Assembly: GCA_000708835.1 (NCBI GenBank)
Contig: DF237385.1
Location: forward strand, 15,126 to 79,125
Length of the DNA stretch: 64,000 bases
Origin: Klebsormidium nitens
Lineage: Eukaryota; Plantae; Klebsormidiophyceae
Direction of reading: 5' to 3'
Part shown: positions 36,836 through 51,600 of the stretch, in pieces
How positions within the stretch are numbered: position 1 is the stretch's first letter
Layout: the number at the start of each line of letters is the position of its first letter
Program-made: the position numbers and the translations under genes
Notes under the pieces: generated by a model
Told to the model about the DNA's origin: nothing
Databases searched by the model: none
Seen by the model: only the letters and a program-made list of their open reading frames with translations

Positions 36836-39800
36836 CTACCCTACAACATTCATCCGCAGAATGGAGGCAGTTGCCTTCGTTTTCGGACCCCGGCTTGGGA
36901 TGAACGGCTTCGTCATCAGTTCCTTACTCTTCTGCAAAACCAAGTTTGGAGGAGGTTTTTGGGGTTGCGAGTACGCGGGGCAATCCAAAATGGAACACCA
37001 ACCATCTCGCAACAAACGACGATCAGATTCTGTGAGGCTAACATGGTGAAGGTGCGAGAACGTTGACAGGTTCCATGACTGTTACAGCTAAGATCCTCGA
37101 AGCTCGTCTGCGTATCTCACCAGCCTTTCTTCGCGCTGCTTGTTCCACTTTTCGGTTTCGGGGTCGGGAAGGTATTCCGGATACTTTCCCAGCGGGTCCT
37201 GGGAGCGAAAACGATTGTGCAAGCTTCAATAATCATGAATAGCACATGCTTTGATCGCTGAGCTGGTCTGATGGATGCAACGGGAATTCCAGGTCGGGAA
37301 CTGTATGAGCCTCCGCTTTAGGCCTTCCTTCGGTCGTCACAGAACTTGGTCGTGAAACCCCAATTGACTATGATAATCAAGACAACGCCCAGCAGAGCAG
37401 AAGGAGTCTTCCCGACGACTTCAGAAGGATTCTTCGTAGGGCACCTGATGGGATACCTGGAAATTGCTCTCGCGCTTACGCTTCCGGTCGATCTGAAAAC
37501 CCCCCTTAATTACGTTGCAAGAGGGGGAAAATCAGAGGCGCGGCCTGCTCGTCCATGTTAGATTAAAAGCTGAGGGCTTATTCACCTTTGACGACTTCGC
37601 CGGCTTGAACGGTGCGAGGCCGGTCTCTGCTTTCGTCACTGGGGCCGGACCGAGCTCTGCCAGAAAATAGATGCAAATTAGCCCAATTCAGTTGACGAAT
37701 ACATGTACATGTCAGCGCCTTCTATCTTTTCAGAAAATCTAAGATGGTCATCTCTACGAACAGGGACTACCACGCGTTGCTCTCTTACTCCGATTCCTCT
37801 TCGCAAAATTAAACGCTGTAGTGGACAGCCAACTCTGCGGCTCGAAGTGATAAAACTGAAGAAAAATAAACGATACGCCAAAAAAGTGGTAAGTTCCGAC
37901 TGATACTACAAATCCTAAGCCAGAAAAATACCTGCTCCGCACCCCTACCCACCCCAACCCCCAAAGAAAATGTCGTTCTTATCTCGGCTTTATATCATCT
38001 TTCTTGACTTCGATATTGAATCCTGGGAAACCTTTGTCCCTCCTCTCAATCACATTGACAAAACCTCTCACTCGATTCCCATTAGATATCTTAAACGAGA
38101 GGCGCAAACGGGGATGAACGTCATCTCACCTATGTGTTCGTATTCGTTGCCCATAACCGACTTCGGGTACGCGGCACCCTTCCACTTGCCCACCCTGGCC
38201 GGGTAGAAGGGCTTCAGATCCGGTGCTTCCGCTTCGCCGGGCTTCTGCAGCGGAACCCGGCCGGAACGTCAGGTCAACGACGAGACCTGATCACGAGTCC
38301 GAAAGCAATCGACACAATCTGGGAGATCTGGATACAAAGGCAGAGCTGCGCAGACGACCTTCGAGGAATCTCTTGCACCGGGAAAGGTCTCACTCCGCAC
38401 AAGGACTTGGATCGGGGATGGAAAGACAGAACGGCCGACATTCAACGTCATGCGGGAGGTGACAAAGTCTGCACTTACTGCGGGGCTAAGGGAATTGCAC
38501 ACGAAACGAAGGGCAACTTAGGAAACTGAAACCCAATGAGCGACAAAATAAGGAGCCCCACCTTTTTCAATGACCCCCTATCGACATATTCGTTCGGTAC
38601 ATAAGCATATTCCCCGACCACCCCCCCCACTTTGGCACGCTCGCTCAGAGTCACGCCGATGCAACCGAACGTTCCCTTCTTGGGCGGTGACGTGAAGAAG
38701 TTCCGGGGGGCCGTCTTGACGGCGCCCGCTCCCTTCTTCACCGTCGGCTGCTAGGCGGAACGGAACGGATCGAGATCTGGGTTACTTGCTTTCGCGGCTG
38801 TTCATCTTCCGATCGGAAGCTTTCTTAACGGCCTTGGCGCTGAGAGGTTGCAGAAATACGAATCCGGCAAGCAAATGTAATGTTAGTTTGGGACACGAAG
38901 AGCAGCAACTATGTTCGCGTGAAAGAGCATGTTCTAACAAGCTCAAACAGACAGGTCCTGCCAATCCATAGCAGGCGCGCTACAGGCGTGCAAATCACTT
39001 CCCGTTCTATTGCAGCTTGCTTTTCCAAGAATTTGACTGCTCAATCAGCTCGAAAAAATCACGTTCACTTCATGACGTGAACGGGTCTCACTGCTTTCGT
39101 TGGCTTGGGAGACTTAGAATGGGGTTCAAGCACTTGCCTGTGCTGCATCGGGGTTCACTTCTGGTTCGTACGCCAACTTTGGTCCGAAGCATCCATCCCA
39201 GGAACTTGTCCCCACCCTACACGATAATGCAGACCGCATCTTGAGTCGTATGCTTAGCGTAAGGCTTGTAAGGGACAAGACACTCGATTCTGCTTAAGCG
39301 CCCCAAAGTTGGACTTAATCTGTCAAGCTTCAGGATGAAAAACGGATTCACTGGTCTCCTCTCGAACTGAAAACCATCACTGTCCACGTTCTGACCAAGT
39401 TTTGGATTCTCATCCGTTTCTCTCAAGGTAGCTAATCTGGCTGAGACTAAAGACCGCACTCAAAGCCGCAAGACGATCGTGCTTTCATGCTTCACTGTGA
39501 GCACCCAAAGAAGCAAAGGCTTGAGTTCTGGGTAATGTTCGACCGATCACTGGAGACCTTTCAAATCACGTTGTCGACTCACCCGGTTTTGCGCCCGCTA
39601 TTCCGCTTGAACGGCTTCTCGCTGAGGTTCAGCTTTTGCGACGCAGCAAGCCGCTCTCGTCGGCTCTTGGACAGGTCTTCGTATGGGACCGTCTGTCGAG
39701 AGGGCCGACGTTAAAGTTTGTCAACAACTTGCAGAGGTAGCTCGACGAGAATCTCCCGGAGCATTTTCGCAGCCACCGGGGATGAGTGCTCAAGAGGACA

Positions 39801-40891
39801 CCGGTTTCAGAAGGCAACTTTTTGTACCTAGTGCGATCGAATACCAGCGCACATCGACGATCTACGTTGAGCACCTGAAGGTTCTTCAAAAGTTCGTTGA
39901 ACCGTTCGAACAGCCCTTGGTAGGTTCCTGCTGCAGCTGCCAACCTTACGCAACCAGCGACTGCCGTTCCTTTAACGTCTATCCTGTAAGGCGTCAGCAG
40001 GAAATGAGCTACGTGCGCTCACTAAACTCGATGCTTCGCTTCCAGTTGAAACGCTGAAATTCTTTAGTTGGCGAACAGGATCCTGAACAAGGCAGACCGG
40101 GTTTGATCCGACCATTTTGATCGATCGCGAGTGACTGTCAGACTCACCTCACAGAGCGGTTTGATTTTGTCGAAGGTCGCATCTGCAAGCTTGCCCGACC
40201 TTGTGATTGTGGTGGAGAAGTTCTTGCCTGAGATGCGTGGATCTGGCTCTGCAGAACGGAACCGCAACACTCCATTTGATATGCTTTTCGTGATTCGTGT
40301 CTTGAGTCAACGCCTGCGAGCTGAAATGCTTTGGAGGAGGTTATGAAGAGCTCCATCTCGCAAGGGCAATGGCAAGGCTGAGACAAGCCACAATGCCCTT
40401 CCATATCAAGAGATTGAGCAATTTGTAGTGCTGATCTTGCCAGGTTACCAGTCACAGACGCAGTCGAGATTGACAATTCCAAGTGCCAGCTGTCAACTGT
40501 CCCAACGTCAGCCACATCAGAGTTGGCACTCCCAACTCTTTCCTACCTTTTCGCTATAGACCTTTTGGACTTGCTTGGCTTTACATCCTATTAGACTTGC
40601 AATGGTAGTCACCTTCGTGTCTAGGAAGAACCATCCATGTTTCATCATGCTCTGCCAAGTGCAGGAGAGCTTGAGCTTCTTCTCTGCAGCTATTTTAACA
40701 GTTTTTGAAGCGAAAATGTCTAGCAGCTTGAGTTCTATCAAGATGATTACAGTTTCTGACAAAATAACCCTGATTGCATAGGGCTTAGCCCGTCCCTAAG
40801 CTCGTCTGCATGCAAGCGTACCGTGCTTCTGGTGATTCTCATCTCCTAGTGTTATGTACTCCTCGCTGAAGTGTCCGTATTTGTTCGTCAT
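36836..40891 (-). CDS. CFAP96: Cilia- and flagella-associated protein 96 (C4orf47/DUF4586) homolog
   Basis: Exons encode MTNKYGHFSEEYITLGD (40822-40891), GKNFSTTITRSGKLADATFDKIKPLCE (40148-40227), YEDLSKSRRERLAASQKLNLSEKPFK (39583-39692), SWDGCFG, PRNFFTSPPKKGTFG, KPFYPARVGK, PFKPAKSSK, GKYPEYLPDP and KPFIPSRGPKTKATASILRMNV* (36836-36931). Motif order matches the family as recalled; some internal boundaries are approximate. Confidence 0.8.
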
Positions 40892-43243
40892 CTTTGCAGC
40901 GCAAGTAAATGTCCAGCCTCTCTGCCTAGGTCCGCCCCGGCCTTCCCCTCGATCGAATCCCCTCAATGAATCCTGTGTGCTTCGTGACTCGACTTGATGC
41001 TTGCCAGACTCTGAGCTTTGGCCAGACTTACGCGACACAGCAAGTATTGAGGCCTGTTAATGCCCTAAGACGAAAGTGGTCTTTCCTCTGCAGACTGCAA
41101 TGCTGGATGCTCTGTTCATGCACGTACGTCCTGAATGACCTTGTTTGGACTGTCACGACTTCGCTCATGAGCGGCCTACGTCTTTTCTTCCGTCATTACA
41201 CGACACGGACAGCAATGACAACTCGTTTTAAATGACACCATTGTTGTTGCTCTACAACCGATTGGTGCCTTAGAGTAGCATCACTTGCAGCTTGACTTGC
41301 AGGCAGTGCATTGAAGGATCCATAGGAGCCATTGCAACATTCACACCAGGCTGCAAAAACTTCTGAGGATCGGTCACATTGCTGGCAATGCTGCCGCTGG
41401 AGATGCAGTCAACGCAGACATGATCCTACCACCAGATCTAGAGTTGAAGTTACCGTAGCCACCGTGACAATGCAAGCTGTGGGTTCACAGAAGAATCTGA
41501 AGAATCTGTCGACGGCCTAGCTTACACAATCTGTCAGATGAGTGGTTACCAACGTGAGGTAACAAGCTGAAATCTCTCGTAGGCGAAGCAGGCTTGGAAT
41601 CCTTCTAGGTAGTACTGCGAAGGCAGAACTTAGCCCACTGCATATTCACACTAAGCGCGCTCAGGCGCGCCGCGTGTATGCCGTGCTCACTGCGCTGGCC
41701 CAATTGCATTCCGGCACTTACCAAGTACACATTTCGAGTACACGAGGTACTTACACTGCGTACGCTGACTGACGTGCGATCGCCGTAACGGGCCCTGGAG
41801 GTCCGGGCTTACGTTACACAATCACTTTGATATGCGCGCGCGAAACATTTTTAGCCGTTGGTTGACGCGAGGGTCGAGAGTGACGATCATCCATAAAATT
41901 CAGAATTGAACGCGTTGACCCAGTGATTCGCCTGTAGCGCTCTCCAGCCTGGGGCGGAGGGATTGATTTCTGATCTGCAATGTGCTGCAATGCGCCAGTG
42001 CGCGGCGCGCCCCTGCGACCGCACTCAGGCTTGCCGAAGCATGGAAATAATGGCAAAACTTGATTAGTGCTAGCAGACCAATGTACCATGCAAGGAATGC
42101 ACTGACAGCAATGCTGCGATGCGTGGACACCGTGCACAGGTGATAGCAGTCAAGCACTGCAGCATTAGACCTATGTCAGACAGTTGCATGGTTGTGTGGC
42201 GGAACTCTGTGTAGGCTGGCGCAAAGTGCTACATGTGAATTGAAAGACCAGGTTTCGGTGGATGACAGCGCGGCGTTCACCGAATGCCCTCTAGGTAGAC
42301 AAAGGCAGGTGCTGTGCGCTGTCAGCATTACAAAAACGCATTGAGGAAGGCTTTGGCAGCAGTTTTTGCACCGGGCCGCGTGCCCTCCCGAGGTACGAAA
42401 CAAACATTTGAGTGAAAGTGATGCTTTTGTTTGTATGCTGTTGGCTTCACGAGCAAAGGTCTCATCTCTTTTTTTATATTTCAAGTTGAAGCCCCATCGA
42501 TAAACCGTAGAACGACGTGGATGGCATGTCGTTCAGTTGCCAATGAAAGGGAGAAAGCTGACAAAACTGACTTTGTTCCTGGTAGGCTCAATTGAGTTTC
42601 TTGAAACAATTCGCACATTCGCTCAGAATATTTTCAGCAACTGGCACAGAAGATCGACTTACAAAGTCAACAGAAGGTGGTCAAGAAAAGCTCTAAGCAA
42701 TTCTCTACTTCTGCTTTGCAAGCAGCATGTTGTTTCAGAGGATCTCAATGTCTTCCTTCAGATGTCAGACTCTGGAATATGTTGTCACAGCCTGTTTCTG
42801 ACAGTCAAAGACTTCTTGTAGAAGGAAAGTGGATATGAGCGATTGTCAACTAATTGATAGAACTCTTAACCTGCCAAGCTGCTCGGCGCACGCCCAAGCA
42901 ACGCAAATCCAATGATCACTTTGACTAGCTCTCACGAATCTCCCCGTTCAGTGACAATACCAAGAAAGGGGAAATTAGGTTCCAGTGAACAGACTGCCCA
43001 CAGCTCCTTTAAGGCCTTCTCTCACAATATGATAGCAGGTATCCTTGTCTTGGATCTTCTTTCTGTCTGCTGGAACCAATCTTCTTTTCAATGTTTGTCT
43101 TTCTCTTCTTCGTTTCATTCTCTCCGTCCCATAAATCTCTATGTCAAAAGTACTGGCTCCTTTTTACTTCCATATCAACCTCATCAAAGATCATGACGAC
43201 AGATGACGACATATGAAGACACTTTTGGCTCACAGGCAACACA

Positions 43244-46200
43244 ATGGGTACCGAGCGGATCTCCCGCGGGTCTGTTGAGGAGTCAGCAGAGGGGCTGGAA
43301 GAGGCGATGCGAGAAATGGGGATGGGGCACGAAGAGGAGAGCAGCTGCCACGACTCGCACACATACGGGTACCGCTACACTTCACCGGAGGAGCGGGCAG
43401 AGACCAAGTTCCAGAGAAAGTGAGCTGCTTTCCCAGGGGTCAGGTTAGTTGGTGAAAGCGCAGAAAACTGTCGAAATCAGGCAATGATTCTCTGGATAGA
43501 CGACTGGCAACTACTTTCTGTTCAGGAGATCGTTCAATACGAAGTTCGAGTATTGAAGAGATTGAAAATTGAACGAGCTTGGGATGTTTACGTCAGCCAG
43601 AGTAGGACCTTCCTCAGAAACACAGACTGAGCCGGGTCCAGACATCGCAAGTTGCGTTGCAAAACCGCTCATCAAGCACTGACAAGCAGCCGAAAGCATT
43701 CTGATGAACACTTTGGAGTGGGGAGGACATAACCTGAAGAGTCTTGTGTGTCTGAAACAGACATGATTTCCTTCGAGCACTTTACTTTGCACTCGTTGGG
43801 ATGCAGACATTATGTCCAGGGCCACATCAATCTTGGAATGGTATGAAAGGAGTCGGTTACAAGACCTTCGACGGATGATACCATTCTGACAAGTATCAAC
43901 GAAAACAGGGAATGAAGCACATTCAAGAGCTATCAAACAGGCATCAGTCCAAGACAACGAAGCGGACAACGTCTTCGCATTAATCTAACAGCCCTTTTTT
44001 CTTTCGCAGGGCCACATGGGAGTGGCTCAAAAAGGTCGGCTTCAAGATCTTCGACGGAAGCAGCCTGACGTCCATCTCGCTTCCGGTCAAGGTCTTCGAG
44101 CCGCGCTCATTTCTGGAGCGGTTAGCGGACAACTGGGCATATATTGACTACCTTCGAAGAGCAGCAGAACAGACCGACCCGCTGGAGAGATTCAAGTGAG
44201 TCAGGCAACCTCGGACGCGAACATGACGCGAGCGTCGATGCACAGATTCGATACAGTTCCACCGATATGGAGATAAGGAGCCGAATCGAGTTGCATCTGA
44301 ACTTGGAAAGCTAAACTAGGGGTGTCAGTTCACGAAGAGAGAAACCCTGCCAGGAGCTTGAAGGGCGGACGTACAAGGGAAATCAGCCCGAGGAGGACAG
44401 TTTATCTGAAGGTCTTTTCTATCGGGAAACTCTGAAAGCAAGTATGTACGTCCCTACTCAGAGATGTATTTTGAGGCGTGGTCAGCCTGCGTTTCTCAAG
44501 GACGACTCTGTCTGAATGGCGAATCATTCAGAATTCGACTGTCGCTGGTGAAGTTTTGCCGGACGCTGAGAACGACCCTTTCCGAGAATCTGAATGGGTT
44601 GCCCTAAAGACCAAAACTGCTCTGCAGGCTGATCATCGCGTTCGTCGTGTCTGGGTTGAGCAAGCAGACCGGCCAGAGCAAGCCGTTCAACCCCATCCTG
44701 GGAGAGACGTATCAGGTCAGGATGCACATAACTCAAACTGAGGCTGACTCGCTCGCTAGACCCAGCAGCTTTGTTATAAAAGAGCTGGACTTGATTGCAT
44801 GTGCTCCAAGTTGTTGTCGTGCCTCGACACTACGACATTCTCTACAGCGTTTTACTTGCCAGCCCCTCCGTTACCATGTGTAAATCCTCGTTGAGTAGCC
44901 TGCGAAATCTGCGAACTTGATCCATCGAATGTAGTCCAAATACGTCCTTGTCTCTACTTGAGACTGCCATGTCTCGATCCTAGGGTCTGATTCCCAACCT
45001 CTCGACAGGCGACCTTCGAGGGGGGTATCACCGTGTACTGCGAGCAGACCAGCCACCACCCCCCCATCAGCAGATGGGAGGTTCGCGACTCCCAGGGTCG
45101 GTTTGATTACACCGGAGACGGTTCGTGGACTGCCCACATAAGGGCGAACACGGCGAAGGGTCACCAGGAGGGAGTGAACCGGTTGCACTTCACGGCAGAC
45201 GATGCAGAGGTGGGCGGTCGGTTGGATCGACCGGGGTTTGATTCGACCAAGTGAAAGTGGTTAAGAATAATTCGAGCATGGCTGATGCACTAAATTGAGT
45301 AGACAGACAAGAATGTTACGCGCCCGCCCGCATCGTTTCAGTTCTCTTTTGTCTTGACGCGTTTCAAAGCATGCTCCATTGCCCCGAACTTTCAGTCCCC
45401 TAGCTTGCCGCTTTCCGCTTCCGTGGTTCCGCGTCTCACTACTCCGCTAGGGACTTTCTCCGTCCCGTTCCGTCTGCCTTGGGATTTCCTTTCTTTGATT
45501 TTGGTTCCGTCCAACGTCGATGCCGTTTCTCGCGCTTTCTGAACGGCCCTAGCTTGTTCCGCCACTCCAGGCTCGCGCGACTCTATTACGTACATCTTGC
45601 TTTGTCCGCACCTCTCCGTTCCGCTCTCGCCCATCGAGCCGGAATCATTCCGTTCCGCAGGTGACATGGGATCTGCCGGCGATCCACCTCAAGAACGTCA
45701 TGTGGGGCGAGCGCACCCTGTTGTACACTGGAGAAATGCATTTTGAGGATAAGAAGAACGGGCTCAGGTAATCGTCTCTGATAGACCTGCAAATTACTTA
45801 GTCAAACACAATGAAAAGAACAAGGACATATTTCGTACCAAGTTAATCTGCACGAACCGTGAAAGCAGATGAATTTCCTAAAGCTGGTCCTGAGAATCGC
45901 GCATCAATGCCTGAAAGCGAACGTAAAAGGATGCATCCGCACCAGCGACTTTCTTGCCGGAGTCTGACTATGACGGTCGCCCGTTAGGACGGGGTCGTAT
46001 CAAGCTTGCGGCGATCAACTGAAAAGTTCTTTACCAGCCCGCCGGCTTTATAGCAAATTCGAGCCTCTTTCACCAACTCGAGATGCGAGATTTTGCAGCT
46101 GCGAGCTGGTCTTCGACCCAGACGCGAAAACGGGGGGCTACTTCGCGCGCATGTTCAAGGGGAAGACGTGCCCCGACCTGCTGCGGGGGGATATCTTCCA

Positions 46201-47211
46201 GTCCAAGCCCGAGGCTTCGGGGAGCACCCCCGGAGCGAAGCAAAAAGCTGGAACGGTGGAGGGGGTCTGGCTGTCGCACTTGGACATAGAAAAGGAAAGG
46301 TGAGCATGTTTCACGGGATCCAAACTGCCATTCCTGAGATTTATGTTTGTTAAGTGGTAGAGGCAAGAAAGTGCAAAAACGGTGGACGTCTCGACAATCG
46401 AACTCGCGCAAGCCCTTATGTACCATGGTTAACAAGATTTCCCTGAGTCCAGGTCGCAACAACCAATGGCCAGGATTAGGACCGGTATCAAATATTCTCC
46501 ACTCCTGCCCACCCAACTTAGACTTGACACTAACTGTGCCTAAAGAAAGATTGCCAATGTCTTTTTTCTCTGCAAAGAGCCTGCCACAAAGGATTGGCTC
46601 AGATTAGAGGCCGATACCGTGGAGTCGCCTGACGGTTTTCAAACCGCTTTTAAACCCGCAGGGTTTGGGACATTCGGAGGGCGCACTCGCACAAGCCGAC
46701 GCCCGTGGATGACCCGCTGCCCACCGACTGCCGCTTCCGACAGGACCTCATTGCGTTGAAGAACAAAGACTACGAGGAGGCGCAAATGTAAGCGCTTTTG
46801 GTGGTCGATTCTGAAAGCATTTCAGTTGGTGAAAACCGATTCAACTCCAGTCTTCGTCTGTCGACGGCCTTCCAGAAAAGGCAGGCTCTCCACGCGGTTT
46901 CACAGCGGCACACAAGTCTCAGAGTAAGATGAACCTACTTGCAATACCTTGGAGTAGAGTTGAAAGTTATTTTCTAATCAAGTCGTAGAAAGATTCTTAT
47001 TAACGCCGCGCTTGGCACCTTTGTGTGCAGGTGGAAGGAGAAACTTGAACAGAAGCAAAGAGAGGATGAAGCCAGGCGGAAGAGGAGCGTCGATTCGACA
47101 ACCGGCAGCCAGCGCCAGAGGTCCAGTACTTCAAAGCGGAACTCGTGGAAAACACTCAACTGCATACACACGCCTGCTCAAGTCAACACAGAGCCAATCA
47201 TTTCGGAGTAG
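43244..47211 (+). CDS. Oxysterol-binding protein-related protein (short ORP, OSBP domain only)
   Basis: Exons 43244-43419, 44010-44195, 44628-44715, 45009-45209, 45661-45767, 46099-46299, 46662-46787 and 47031-47211, all phase-compatible. Motifs SISLPVKVFEPRSFLERL, KPFNPILGETYQ, EQTSHHPPIS and PLPTDCRFRQDL. Confidence 0.95.
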
Positions 47212-47644
47212 GACGGCACGAGGTAGAACGGGAGATTCTTCGAGACGATGAGACGCTAGCGCTTGGCGCTTGATTGGCGCTATACTGAGGATTGAACACA
47301 ATGCAAGATATTTGTTGCTAAGCAAGTGACAGGCATTGCATAGTCATGTTAAGCTAGGCGAGTATGAGGCAACGCGACGGTACAACAATCATGTACGCAA
47401 AAGATAATGAAAAGGCATGTGCAATATCCATTTTGGATGCTGATACAATCCGTGGGAACACCGTGCATCCGATCGATTTATAAGCGTTGAAGCTAGCTCT
47501 TGAATGTTCAGAGTCAGGCGCGCAATCATCACGTGGTGTGTTCAGAACCCGGTCGGACTCCTCTCAGTGCGCGGTACGTCAGGATAGGAGCTGGCGCAGC
47601 ATGAATCTTACATGTTGTCATGTTTCGCATCAAGACGGTTGCTT

Positions 47645-48110
47645 NNNNNNNNNNNNNNNNNNNNNNNNNNNNNNNNNNNNNNNNNNNNNNNNNNNNNNNN
47701 NNNNNNNNNNNNNNNNNNNNNNNNNNNNNNNNNNNNNNNNNNNNNNNNNNNNNNNNNNNNNNNNNNNNNNNNNNNNNNNNNNNNNNNNNNNNNNNNNNNN
47801 NNNNNNNNNNNNNNNNNNNNNNNNNNNNNNNNNNNNNNNNNNNNNNNNNNNNNNNNNNNNNNNNNNNNNNNNNNNNNNNNNNNNNNNNNNNNNNNNNNNN
47901 NNNNNNNNNNNNNNNNNNNNNNNNNNNNNNNNNNNNNNNNNNNNNNNNNNNNNNNNNNNNNNNNNNNNNNNNNNNNNNNNNNNNNNNNNNNNNNNNNNNN
48001 NNNNNNNNNNNNNNNNNNNNNNNNNNNNNNNNNNNNNNNNNNNNNNNNNNNNNNNNNNNNNNNNNNNNNNNNNNNNNNNNNNNNNNNNNNNNNNNNNNNN
48101 NNNNNNNNNN
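47645..48110. other. Assembly gap (N run)
   Basis: 466 Ns; no convincing overlap between the flanks. Confidence 0.95.
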
Positions 48111-48678
48111 GTTGCAGACATGAGCGCGCTGCAACAGCAACTGCACTTGCATGCATGCATGCCCAACATGCCACTGATGAATTCTACGTTGAGGATCGTC
48201 GTTACTGATGGGGCACGTCCATTGAATGCGGTATACGCGCGGCGGCCTGCATCAATCCTTACTCTGACATCGGTTGGGGAGCGAATTACTCTCCATGCAG
48301 TTCAAAGATCCTTGATTTGCTTCTGAGCCTAGAGCTACTGATGAACGAGACAGTCTGCACTCAAATGCACCCTGTTGTGCGAGCAATCGTTTTCAGCACT
48401 GCTTCCATCCCCTCCGATTGAAGGTTGGTACACTGACAGGTTCTACCTCGTTCAACCGTTGAACAACTTTGCAACGCATAACATCCAGGACACTTCAATC
48501 ACAATCTCCAAATCATTGTCAATCATTGTCGTATACATAACTGGTATTTGCCTGTGCCTATCCTCTTAAGCTCCTGTGGTAAGCACGGAATCTCATCTTT
48601 GTTGGAAGCCTGCAAGGTGACTATTCACTTTTTCCAGTCAAGGCAAATAAGTTAGAGCACAAGGTCCCTCGGAAAGAA

Positions 48679-51600
48679 TCAATGCTGGCTACTCTGAGAC
48701 GGGGCAGGGCCAGAAACCGCTCTCTTCTTGAAAAGATAATGTGAGACGATCCACTCCTCTCCGTTCTTGTAATTGAACAGCTCAGCCACGGCGATGTAGA
48801 ATGTCCGCCAATAGACGACCCACTTCGTGACCTGCAGATACAAGTCGAGGGAGTCATTAAAATCCTGGATAGTGACACCAGCAGACGTCAAACGATTCAC
48901 CGCCGCTCCATTAGCAATCCACGAAGCTTTGAAGGATTACGTCTAGCTTAGACTTGTGAGCGAAGGGCTACTGGATACGTCAAAAACGACGAAATATGCG
49001 TCCTGGCTTGCAGCTTTGTCAGATGTTGGACCGGCCTGCACGCAACTAAAGGGCCATTTCTACGATCGATCTTCAGTAAAATCTGAGCGACCCAACGGAC
49101 TTTCGACGCAAACGGACTAGAAAACTCTCAGGCCTAAAATATGTACCATGTTCTTTTGAAATTCTCAGACGTGCTAACCAAGATTGCAACATAGCGGAAC
49201 CATAAGGCAATATTAAAGACAGGTTCCAATCACGCAGAGAGAGTGCCGACCAGCGTCTGATGTTAGCCAAAAGCATGTCTTCCGAACTCGTGTCGCCTCA
49301 CCTGGTCCTTTCCGTACACCTCCGCGAAGATCTTCCGTACTTGCGGCATATTCTTGTCCATGTTGACAAGCCAAGCCTCGCTGCGACGGATGAGTGCATC
49401 AGCATTTAGACACAGCCGTTACCGCTGTATTCAATTCCCCGGCCATACATGTATGACATTACCGCTCCTTTTAAGGGTAATTACCTGCCAGAGACACTCA
49501 CTGCTGAACCGGGGTAATCGCCAGCTTTGCTAAGGATAGCTCAAGCGCTACGTGTACCCGTGCCCAAGCGAGGACAATCTATCAACTTTCGCCTTCTCCA
49601 AGACTTTCACGAAGACCGGACAATCAACAAATGTACGGGGCCTGAAGTAATCGAGCCGGCACTCGATACGACGCCTTCGTTCGCAAACCTAACACTGAGA
49701 GCCGTTTTATCAAACCTGCTAGATGTTGGTGCCTCGTTCAAAGCTTGTCACGAAGAAGGTACTGAACATCGAAGATCATAACGTTGAGTACTCCGACGGC
49801 GTCGTTCCCGTCATTCAGGGCGTTAAACCCTCTATCGTCAAGTCGACCTGCAGATGCGGTGTTCTTCGGTGGTCCCCAGTCTTGAAACCGAGGTTTATAA
49901 GTAACAGTGACGAAGCAGTATTTCTTGGCATGTATCCAAACCTTCACTCACCTTCTTTGCCAGTAGTGCGTCCGTTCACCGCCAGTGGTCTTTGATTCAG
50001 AAACTTGTGTTCAATTAGCCAAAACTTGGAGTCCAGGTCAAAACCGTTAGCGTTGACCAGAACCGTTAAACCTGCCTGGTGGACACACCATGCGTGCCAC
50101 TCTACACGCTAGTGGTCCGCTCCTGGAAAGCTTCTGACCAACTGTGATAAGGAACATTTTCTCACGTGCAGATCCTTTTAACATCCTGCTTAGACAAAAC
50201 GAAGCCTGTCAAACCAAGAACCAGCAGAAGATAATCTCTCCGCTTAACCCGACCTGGTGCGCCCATAGTGCGTGCCGTTCACCCGCCATTACTCCGCTCC
50301 TGGAGAGCTTCTAACCGACCGTGGTTAGGAACAACCCTCTACGTGCAAGCTCGATCTGGATCTTGGCCATCGTTAACGAGATATCAAGAGATAAGCAAGC
50401 AAAACATAACGTCTCCAGCTAGTCCTACCTGGTGCGCCCGTCGTGCGTGCCATTGACCTGCCAATGTTCCGCTCCAAGCTTCTGACCAACCGCGATTTGA
50501 AACAGAGTCTCAATTGCGAGCCCAGTTGTTGATCTGGTCAACCTTGACGAGACATCAAGAGATAAGCAAGCAAAAGTTAACCTCTCCGCTTAACCCCACC
50601 TGGTTCGCCCGTAGTGCGCGCCGTTGACCCGCCAGTAGTCCGCTCCTGGGAAGCCTCTAACCAACCGTGATGTAGCATATGTCTCGCGAGCCCCTTTCTG
50701 TTCTTGGTTAACCTCCATGCGATATCAATTGATAACCAAGCAAACTATAACCTCTCCGCTTAACCCTACCTGGTTCGTCCGTAGTGCGTGCCGTTGACCC
50801 GCCAGTGGTCCGCGATGGAGAGGTCGTCCTGGAAGTAGAGCAGCGTGTCGTCCGAGTTCATGGTGCCCCCCGTGAAGAAGTGGCGCGCCATCCAGTCGTC
50901 GTCGCCGTTATCCTGCATTCGAAGTCGAAACTCGGATTCAGGCAACTAAAGCGGCCCAGGATTTCGACGTCGAAAGGGTGTACGTGCCCCCCGTGAAGAA
51001 GTTGCGCGCCATCCAGTCCTCGTCACCATTATCCTGCATTCAACATCAAAAGTCGGTTTCGGACATTTAAAGCGGCCCACAATATCGACGTCGAAAGGGT
51101 GAAGGTGCCCCCCGTGAAAAAGTTGCGCGCCATCCAGTCGTCGTCGCCGTTATCCTGCATTCGACGTCGAAAGTACGGTTTAGAAGGATTAGAGCCGCTG
51201 CGAGGGTTGTTGTCGAAACAGTGATGTGGCACCTTGTGAAGAAGTTGCGCGCCATCCAGTCGTCGTCGCCGTTATCCTGCATTCGACATCGAAATTTGAT
51301 CTCAAGGCTACTGATAGCGCCCAGAATTTCGATGTCGAGAGGGTGAGGGTGCTTCCCGTGAAGAAGTTGCGCGCCATCCAGTCGTCGTCGCCATTATCCT
51401 GCATTCGACGTCGAAACTTGATTTGCAGTGAGTACAGGCACCAGTAGGTTTCGATATCGAGATTTGTCGATAAAGCACCCGACAAGAAATTACGCGCCAT
51501 CCAGTCGTCGTCGCCGTTATCCTGCATTCGACGTCGGAACTTGGTTTCAGACAACTAAAGCGGCCCAGGCTTTCGACGTCGAAAAGGTGAAGGTGCCCCC

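Noticed and set aside
47487-48326. Several 167-279 aa ORFs
   Set aside because: Almost entirely X from the N gap; the flanks look non-coding.
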